Source: Mesotaenium endlicherianum (taxonomy: Eukaryota). Taken from it: DNA of 28,167 nucleotides. This document shows, in pieces, positions 9,370 through 28,167 of this stretch. The DNA is taken from contig WELA01001939.1 of assembly GCA_009602735.1 (NCBI GenBank), positions 220,862-249,028 of the forward strand, read 5' to 3'. Position numbers and translations under genes: made by a program. Numbering within the stretch: position 1 is the first letter of the stretch; each line of letters begins with the position of its first letter. The notes below the pieces were generated by a model. The model saw only the letters and a list, made by a program, of their open reading frames with translations, had not been told where the DNA came from and searched no databases.

Positions 9370-12300
9370 GAAGCACGCGCACACACGCAGAAGCACGCAC
9401 TTGCGTCACATCCTGCGCGTGCATGTACGTTGCACGCGCAAGCAACCTACCTACCTACCCACTTACGTACCCAAGCACCCACCCACTCACCTACCCGCCC
9501 AATCACTCAGGCAGCCAGGCACCCCCCCTCTCCCCCCCCAACACACCTCCTTACCCACCTAGCCCGCCGGTCACAGAGGCAAGCAGGACCCCGCCCCCCT
9601 CCCTCTCTACCCACCCCCCTGCACACCCACCCACAGGCCTCGTGCCTAATGGACCAGCTCGACAGCACACTGAGGCATCTCACAGGGGCTCTCCGTAGGG
9701 TGTCAAGTTGAGCTTGCCAGGTGGAGCGGCGGCTATGTTTTGCCTGACAGGAAGTTGACCAGAGGCGGCAGAGACACGGAGCTGCCTACCCGACAACTCA
9801 ATCCTATAAGCGAGCCAAGCATGACTGACCCACACAACCTGATCAAGCGCGTGAACGGGAACTGTCATTGTCAGGGGGGCGCCTAGCTCAGGCAGGCGCT
9901 AGGCGCCCCCGTATGTAAGCTTTGCAAGTGGGATCTCCAGTGCCAGGTGGCATGCGGGCACTGGTGGAAAAAGTCCGAAATTTTATGCCCAGTGCTGCGT
10001 GAGTTTGAGCGTGAGTGCGAGTGTGAGAGGGTGAGTGTGAGTGCGTGTGCGTGTGCGTGTGCGTGTGCATGTGCGTGTGCGAGTGCATGTGCGTGTGCGT
10101 GTGCACCCGCCTCCGTCGTGCAGTTCAGTGAAGTGCGTGTAAGCCAGCTTCGCCACATGGAGGCCTTTGGCGCGGTGCTTCTTCAGGGCCCAACGGCTCT
10201 CGCTGCGGCAGCCCGAGTAGTGGCGGGCGCAACGCGTGCTGCGCACGAGTCGCGGCAAGGACTGTTGAGTGGCTGATGAGAGACACTCTCAGAATGAGAG
10301 CCATCTCTGACAACCTCTCAGGGCAATGCTGTCACGCGCCCGCGTGCTCCCTTTCCCTTTCACCCTTATTTCAAGATATAAGCAGATCTGTCTTTAAGTA
10401 GATAGGCAACCAGATAGGCAAGCAGACAAACAGAGACAGGGGAACAGATAGACTCACTGAGTGGCAGGCGAGCAGACACAGACAGGCAGATATGCAGGCA
10501 GGCCGGCCAACCAACAGGAAGACAAGCAGATCAAGCAATGGACAAACTGGCAGGCAGGTAGACACACACGCACAGGCAGATAGGCAGGCAGTGGGATGGC
10601 ACGAAAGAGGGGGAGAGGGAGAGAGAGCCAACCTTGGCGTAAAGCTCCACATAAGGGCGGAAGCTGGGGTCCGCCATGAGCGCCTTGTCCGTGGGCAGCT
10701 GCAGCAGCCCCTCGCTCGCGCCCCTCAGCAGCTCCCTGCAGCGCCACCCCCGGCCCACACAAAGCCGCCACGTGTCAGCAGCCCGCCCATGACGCAGAGC
10801 AGCCGTTGAAAGAGCAGGCAAAAGGAGGCAAGGCAGCCTGAGGTCTCAGTACCAGTAGAGTAGCAGTAGATGGAGAACTGAAAGAGGTGAGCACGTAAAC
10901 TGGGGCTATCAGATCATCAGAAAGAGTCCTGTGGTGCCAACAAGAGCGGCGCGACGCTGGCTGGTGGCCAAAGCGGTGCGAGGCTTAAGTGGAGCCCTGT
11001 GATCTGCCAGATACCCACAAGAGAGCAGCACAGAGCGGGCCGCAATGCGGGGGTGCGATGTGTCTCCTCCTCCAAGGGCTCTTTGCAGGCATTGCCAAGA
11101 GGCACGCAGAGATGAGCTGAAGGGTGAGCTGAAGGATGAGCTCGGGGAGCTAGATGGTGAGCTGGACGATGAGCTGGAGGATTAAGCAGAGGAGAAGCTT
11201 AGTGAGCTGAGTGGCGAGCTGGAGGATGAGCTGGAGGACAAGCTTGGGGAGGTGGACAGAGATCGAAGAGATGAGCTGGAGGGCTAGAGGCAGGGGAGGG
11301 GGGATGAGCGGGACCCAAGGGAGGGCGAGGTGAGTGAGAGGGCGAAAGAGGGGAGCAGGATGGAAAGGGGGAGCAGGGAGGGCAGGAAGGGAGAGCGGAA
11401 GGGCTCAAGGGGGACGACTGGGACCACTGAGAGGGTGGGACTGCAGGGCAAGGGGGATGCCTGGGGGGGGAAAGGAGGCAGAGCAGGGGGGGGCTTGACA
11501 GGTGTCACCTGGAGTGCTATGCAAGGGTAAGGTGGAGGGGAGAGCTACTGAAGGGAGAAACGGGCGGGAGGGCTGGTGAGAGGGGTGCAGGAGAGAAGGG
11601 AGGAAGGGAGGGTGGTGGTGGCGCCGCTCACACGTAGTAGGAGTTGTCAAACTTGAGAGGCTGCTGCGTCCACGCGCCCTCAAAGCCCGACCTCTCCTTG
11701 TGCGCCCGGCCCTGCGCGCGCGCATGCATGTGTGCCCCCCCCCCNNNNNNNNNNNNNNNNNNNNNNNNNNNNNNNNNNNNNNNNNCCCCCCCCCTCCCGG
11801 GCACCCCCCAGATACACGCGAGCCTAAATTAATTCCGCGCCTGACAAGGACGGGCTGGAAGCATAGTCTCCCACTGCTTTGCCATCTGGCGTGCACGTGC
11901 ACGAGCGCCACACATATATGGAGTGCAGTTCACATGCAATTACACAAATATAGGTGTGTGTCTATGATTTGTACCCGTCTATTCGAAAAGTTCAAGACTG
12001 TGTGTGTCTATTTGTGTGTATGTCTTGAGTGCTCCCCAGAGCATAGAAGCTTCACTGAGGCTCCATCGCCTTTGCAGTATAGCAACTAATGTGCCCCCCC
12101 GACTGCAATAAGCAGGCGGGCTGTAGCAGGCAGTCAGGCAGCAAGGAAGCAACACTGTAAGTCAAGCCAGCTGACTCCAGCTTGACCTTGGAAGCTGCGC
12201 TGCCAGGTGCCCCCCCCAGCCGCACATGTAGGCAACATGTTCGGGAGATTGCAGCCCACCAGGACCCATCTCTTCAGGAACAGAATGGGACGGCACTGCC

Positions 12301-12421
12301 ATATATTGTCGATGGAGTGGAAGCAAGTAGTCGGAGGTCACAGTAGGACCCAACGGGGGAGAGGGTGTGCCACGGAGTGAGAGTGCTGCTGCTGCTGCAG
12401 CCGCCCCTGCAGCTGAAGATG

Positions 12422-12458
<37 letters not shown>

Positions 12459-12814
12459 AATGCCGTTGCTAATGCAGCTGCTGCTGCTGTTGCTAATGCT
12501 GCTGCACGTACCAGCGTGTGGGATCCCGAGAGGGCGACAATCTCCTTGTCGGAGAAACCCATCCTGTGGAAGATGTCACGCAGGTGCTGGGACCCTGCAC
12601 CATATCACACACAGAGAGAGACACATCAAATGACGGCTCCTCCTCCCCTCCTCCGTGGGCAAACCCTAATCTCTCTCCTGCCTTCCCCAGGCTGCGCACT
12701 TACGGCGGGCGCGAGCGCTGTGTGTACGTGTGTTCGTACGTGTGTGTGTGTGCGTGTGCGTGAGCTTGTGTCTATCTATGCACGTGTGCCTGTGCATGTA
12801 CGTATGTATGTATG

Positions 12815-12856
<42 letters not shown>

Positions 12857-15512
12857 CATGCGTGTGTGCATGCGCGCACGCCTGCATGCATTAGAGCAGC
12901 GGAATACGGTGCAAGGAGGAGCAAGCCCCCTCACGCAGCAAAGATGACGCACACTGCGGCCCCTGGCACCAACTCTGTTGAACCCTGTCTTACCCTCACC
13001 CTGCAGGAAAGGTCCTATGCATCACCACCAGCACTCGGATGCCCCCATCAATACTCAGCTCCCCCCTACATGTCTGACTGAGCAGAGGACATCTCGCACT
13101 CGCACTTTCTCAGACTGCAAGCAGCAGCAGCAGCAGCAGCAGCAGCACAAAAGACGAACAATCATGCGAGCACGCAGACACGACAGGAGATGCTTACGTC
13201 GACCACGACGATGCCAACAAACCCTAGGGTAACGCTCGTGCCCCCTCCCTTCAGAGACACACCACCCACGGCCCACTTTCCGAGAGCCGCGAACCCTACA
13301 GTGACCCCCGCATCCCCTTCCCCCAGCAACGACCCCAAAGTAACGCACACCACCCTCGTCCCACCAGAGATAGCCCTAAATCAATGCCCAAGTCCCCTTC
13401 CCATCAGCGGCAAACTCTAACAAACCCTAACTAGCCCTAACACGCCCTTGAGCGACGTGCAGAAAGGGGAGACACGTGCAATTAAGACAAGGATCTCCTC
13501 CTGCTATCCACAGAGTGTAGAGCACCACCCCAGCTCATGAGCGCAAAATGATGCAGACCCCCCTCCCTCCCTCCCTTTCTCTCTCCTCTCTCCCCCTGCA
13601 TGTGTCAAGCGAGCGTGTGTGCACTTCTACCTTTCTTGGCATCCGGAAGCCGGCCGTCGGGGGTGCACTTTGACGAGTCCTGCCAGCAGCAGCACCACCA
13701 GCAGCACCAGCACCACCACCACCAGCAGCAGCAGCAGCAGCAGCAGAGCACCACCGAGCGGCACCCCCACAGAGACAAGGGCGTCGTCACCGCGATTGAG
13801 GCAAGGGCAACGCCGAAAAGCCCACCACGCGCACAGGCACAGACACACACGCACACGCACACCCACGCCAGAGAACACAGGGACAGAAAAACGAGTGAGC
13901 TAGCGAGGGAGGGAGCAAGCAAGCGAGCGAGCGAGATGCAGATTGGCCGCAACGGCCCCCGCCAATGAGCCCAGGTTGGAGCGTGCATGCCCGTGAACTC
14001 TCCTCCTAGACTAGGCAGTGCAGCTGCGCAAAGTGAAAAGAGGGAAGAGAAACCTGCCCCTACCCCTCCTCGTACCCACCCAGCGTACGCCAGAAACCAT
14101 CACAGCAGCCCTTTTCGTTGGACAGCACAGCCCACACGGGGATTCCAGACCAATGTCAACTCCACTTTCCTCCACCCCCTCCCCCACCCCCCCNNNNNNN
14201 NNNNNNNNNNNNNNNNNNNNCCCCCCCCCCCCCCCCCCCCCCCCCCCGCCAAAAAAGCCCTGAGGAGCCGATTGGTTTCTTATCATCCAACCCTGAAGAG
14301 CCCTTCAGGCAGTGCTTTTCCAATCAACAGGCCTTTCGTAACCACGGCAAAAGTCAAAGTGGTTGTTGCGGGCAGCGATGCAACGCTGCGTCTGCATTTC
14401 CTTGTTCCTGCATCTTTCTCCATCCTTGCTTCCCAGTATAGTAAGAGGTCCTTCTCCTACTGCCCCTGTTACTCCCCCTGGCCTCCCAATGAGTGCCACG
14501 TCAGGTAGAGCCAGTGACAAGTGAGCAGTCAGCGGAGGACAGATGGGCGCCAGGCGTACAAACTGACAAGGCGACTGGACAGGGACGAGACAGCTCACCA
14601 TGCGGCCCGGCACAAAGTCGATGGTGGGCCCTCCAGTGACCTCCACTGCCACAACTCCCGCCAACTGCACGCCAGGGCCCAGAACACCCCCCCCCCCNCA
14701 AGGGCGAAAGAACTACAAACGCATACGGCAAACTAGCAAGGGGGGGGGGGAACTGCGAGGGGAAGTATGCAGTCTCAAGGGGAGGATGCAACTTTGAGGG
14801 GGAGGAGTAGGAGCACACCTGATATAAGTCGGCGTAGGTAACATTCGGGCACTGCGCCTTGATGGGCTCTGTTTACAAGAGTAAGGAAAGAAAGTTTTGC
14901 GAGGGTTTTAGGAACACTTGAGAGGGACCTCTTCCCAACTTCTTGACACAGTCTGCACAACAGCAGCTTAAACACCACCCACCTGGCAGGCTGAATGATT
15001 CAGTGAAGCCTAAAAGTTTACATAATAAAAAAGACGACTTTCCCCCCTTCAATGGTCCCTGCTTTCTTGTACGGACAGCTTGCAAAAACCTAGCCTTACC
15101 GAGCAGGTCAATGGCAATCTTCATTCCTGCATTTCCGCCATGACTGTACTCCTCTTCAAACCGGATACTGCCATTTGGCCCTCCAGAGCGGGACTTGAGG
15201 TCGTATGTTCCAGCGTCATGAAACCTGTCAACGCAAGAAGAAATATTAGAAATATAGGCAAGAGGAAAATGAATACAGTTCAATAGGTGTCCATCACTCG
15301 TCATGTTCAATTCTCCTTGCTTGCTGATTTATAAGGTACAGCGCCAATCGTACAAAGTATGCATGCACAAAGCTTCCATGTGATCACGAAGCCACTTACG
15401 CCAGCCGAAGCATGAGTGGCGAACAATTTTTTTCTGCAACAAGCGCCCTCAATAATCTCTTGGCTTTCTCAGTCTCCTTCATGTAAGCGGAGTCAACAAC
15501 CGGAGCAGGCAT
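9079..15512 (-). CDS. APX3: L-ascorbate peroxidase, peroxisomal membrane-anchored (APX3-like), 9 exons, 296 aa
   Basis: Exons (minus): 15512-15400, 15224-15100, 14868-14819, 14664-14599, 13679-13631, 12594-12512, 11711-11632, 10735-10633, 9300-9079. Total 891 nt, all introns GT-AG, phases consistent. Motifs: [110 protein letters not shown], and a C-terminal TM plus basic tail [30 protein letters not shown]. Confidence 0.95.
9311..9400. repeat. (CACG)n/(CGCA)n microsatellite beside the acceptor of the last APX exon
   Basis: gcacgcacgcacacacgcagaagcacgcgcacgcacgcacgcacgcacgc... Confidence 0.85.
9995..10105. repeat. (GTGAGT/GTGCGT)n hexamer microsatellite in APX intron 8
   Basis: gtgagtgtgagtgcgtgtgcgtgtgcgtgtgcgtgtgcatgtgcgtgtgc... 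Confidence 0.85.
11110..11290. repeat. Degenerate 12-bp minisatellite (G(A/G)TGAGCTG(A/G)AG) in APX intron 7
   Basis: gatgagctgaag ggtgagctgaag gatgagctcggg ... ggtgagctggac gatgagctggga ... gatgagctggag. Confidence 0.7.
11735..11794. other. Assembly gap (N 11745-11785) inside a poly-C run
   Basis: N run flanked by C homopolymers; intronic (APX intron 6). Confidence 0.95.
12384..12505. repeat. (CTG)n trinucleotide repeats beside the APX exon 6 donor
   Basis: ctgctgctgctgctgctgctgctgctgctg, with interrupted (gctaat) variants. Confidence 0.85.
12718..12880. repeat. (TG)n-rich microsatellite in APX intron 5
   Basis: Long tgtgtgtg run at ~12817-12853 with degenerate flanks. Confidence 0.9.
13684..13746. 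repeat. (CAG/CAC)n repeat directly upstream of the APX exon 5 acceptor
   Basis: cagcagcagcaccaccagcagcaccagcaccaccaccaccagcagcagcagcagcagcagcag. Confidence 0.9.
14174..14247. other. Assembly gap (N 14194-14220) inside a poly-C run
   Basis: N run flanked by C homopolymers; intronic (APX intron 4). Confidence 0.95.
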
Positions 15513-17193
15513 TTCGCTTCAACTGGACCTTGCAATGAAGTGTTTAGGCAAGTATATTTTTTACCCCGACGACTTTAAGTAACAATGATAACAACGCTGC
15601 AACGAGGGAATTCAGTTCGTAAGCTAGAAGTCTTGTAAAAAGGCCTTAGAAGCTAATCGATGTGAGATGCATATACTTCGAGTCGACGGGAAGTGCCGAT
15701 CAGTTGGAGCCCATTGGAGCCCATCCACTCTAGAAGCCACTTCCGGCGACTTCAAGCATATTCAAGGTGTGCGTGACGGGGATGGTGCACTTCGACACGA
15801 CGAAATTTGTGCCGTGCACGCCCCTCGACCACCCTCGACGAAACGTTGGGGTCCCACCCAGTCTCACTGGGCCCCTTCATTTACCTCCATTGATCCATCT
15901 CTTCAAAGGAGTCCTCGCCCCTGCTACACCCCGCTCGCCCCTGCTACACCCCGCTGCCATACCCCACCAAATTCAGGGCCCTCGTTCTGCTTAACCCAGC
16001 GTACATTGACGTGTAATGGGGAATGAACAGCATGTCGCTGACAGCAGGAGAGGGGACACCCAAGATTCTCAAAAACATTTGACAGGGCTTATAACTTTCA
16101 AATTGCTTCTAAACTTCGAGCGCGATTGGTCGCGAAAAGAAGAGGACTCAATCTGCTACGATATGAAGGTGGTGAAAGTACAAACTAAATTATTACATCT
16201 ATAAACCGCCAAAATATATTTTTACCTCGTCGGGACGCGTATTTTGCGTAATTTGAAATTACGGCGAAATACGTGGTGTTTTACGTCACTCACGGACCAT
16301 TACGCGCGAATCCCTTAACTAAGTATTGCACGGGAACCTGCTCGCTGAAATGCCTGCCGATGTAAGCTTACAAACATGCTTACAAACCTCCCTCCCCCCC
16401 TGCTCCCCCCCTCTTTGGTGCGGTAACGTTGAAATTTTTGACTACATGTCTGACGACCTTTGACTGACGTTACGAGCGTGGTAAAGGAGTGAACGAACAT
16501 CAGCGACGATGTAGGTGGTTGTAATTTTCCTACTATCATAGACGTCAGGCTGCGTTAGACAGATCCATGTGGATTCATGAGACATCAGCATGGGGTGATA
16601 AAAACTGTGTCAAATTGGGGGTAAAATTGTGATCCTTTTTCGATTGTAAAATATATCATTTTTTGTTCTTACTAACAGCCTCTAAATATGTCGGATAAAA
16701 CTCAGCAAAACAAAATTATTTTCACACGAACTTGAAAGTTGGGCGAATTAAGACAATGTTGCAACAGTCAGCACTCCATGCTAATAAGAGCAGAATAAGA
16801 GAGCTGGACACGTCACAGCAGATGGCGGTCGGCAAGTCACACGCTCACACAGAGCGAGGCCGTGCAAACCAGTGCAAACTCGCTCTGGACGCAGTTCTAT
16901 GGACACTTAACATCAGCTTAACATAGCCGCCTGGTTCTGCCAGATGCCAATTAAAGCCGACGTTTCATCTAGTACTTGAAAAAGTTAAAGGCGCGCCCCA
17001 CTCGGGCCGAATATGGCCTGAGTCAAGTTGCGGACTGAGTCATACACTCCCGAGCTGCACCCGAGTCCCATCAAGTGTCTCTTCAATTGTCTCCTGTCAA
17101 TGTCACAACAGCGCTGCACGTCCGTGTCATGCTGAATACATCAAACTTCAGATTAGTGCTGGAGGCACGCTGGATTAAACTTGGCTATCATAG
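15513..17193. promoter_or_regulatory. Divergent intergenic region holding the 5' UTRs/promoters of the APX3-like and CDC48C-like genes
   Basis: Start codons at 15512 (minus) and 17194 (plus) point away from each other, 1.68 kb apart. Transcription starts cannot be located from sequence alone. Confidence 0.65.
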
Positions 17194-27628
<10,435 letters not shown>

Positions 27629-28167
27629 GGGCCAGCCACTCTTGTCTGACTTCCAACTTCGGGCATGCTCATCTATGCTGTCATCCCCTGGTTTGTTTTT
27701 TCCCCTACCAGACCTCCACAGTGCTGCGGCTTTTGAGGAGTATGCTCTGTAGATGTTGAAGGTGATCAAGTGCTTTTGCACCTGGCTTGTACATAGAAAT
27801 GCAATTTGCTGCATGTCTCTCTGGAGTATCTCTTAGCTGTTTGGAGGACTGATTTTCCCCTCAATTTGTAAAAGAAAGCAGCCTTCATAAAAAATTCCGT
27901 AGCCTTTAATTTCAAACTTCAATTCTTGTCGCCTAAGCCTACTACAATTTCTTGTGGAAAACGTGCGCCGTCTTCTCTCATTCTTTGTTAAATTGCCTCT
28001 CTCACGAGCCTATCACAGTTCGCAAATATGTATCCAGATTACTCACATGATGTCCCTATATTGATTCCGGCAGGTAACTTGCACTATGTGTGTGATCTTT
28101 CATGAATAGTACTGATGCTTCTTCCAATCTGTACTTTCAATTAGTTGCATGAGTGCTGTCCCCCCCC

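Noticed and set aside
12661..13440. Telo-box/telomere-like AAACCCTAA motifs (12661, 13422) and nearby CCCTAA variants
   Set aside because: Scattered single copies in the middle of an intron, not a tandem telomeric array and not promoter-proximal.
12338..13990. Poly-Q, poly-A, poly-C and HT/CV-repeat ORFs
   Set aside because: Translations of intronic microsatellites within the APX gene.
14305..14598. Read-through ORF continuing after APX exon 4
   Set aside because: A strong ATG|GTGAGC donor is present and the true next exon ([16 protein letters not shown]) lies at 13679-13631; the read-through peptide has no APX similarity.
16450..16472. Paired TGACG motifs as an as-1-like element
   Set aside because: Spacing is 9 nt rather than the canonical 7, and such short motifs occur by chance.
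16548..16563. GGCTGCGTTAGACAG resembling another Harbinger/Tourist TIR
   Set aside because: No inverted partner or TWA duplication located.

Overview
Eukaryotic, intron-rich, microsatellite-rich DNA, most likely a green plant-lineage genome; the tail-anchored APX3-type peroxidase suggests a streptophyte, possibly an alga (inference). The left ~5.8 kb is decayed DNA-transposon sequence. It holds a PIF/Harbinger DDE transposase pseudogene (minus strand, frameshift plus premature stop), a GC-rich ~1.5 kb tandem repeat, an array of quasi-palindromic motifs and a candidate Harbinger terminus at 4627. That terminus abuts an internally deleted piggyBac-like relic ending in TTAA at 5822-5825. Two intact head-to-head host genes follow, both reconstructed by hand with consistent exon phases: a 9-exon APX3-like ascorbate peroxidase (minus, 15512-9079, 296 aa) and a 13-exon CDC48C/NVL/Rix7-like double AAA+ ATPase (plus, 17194-27628, 1325 aa). 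The most notable oddities are a natural distal Trp-to-Phe substitution in the APX, two orphan exon-like segments, a GC-AG intron, a tandemly duplicated 3' splice-site region, long insertions in the ATPase and GC3 rising away from the shared promoter. Most short ORFs in the supplied track are artefacts of repeats. I see no convincing new multi-gene system, and no CRISPR array, tRNA or rRNA.
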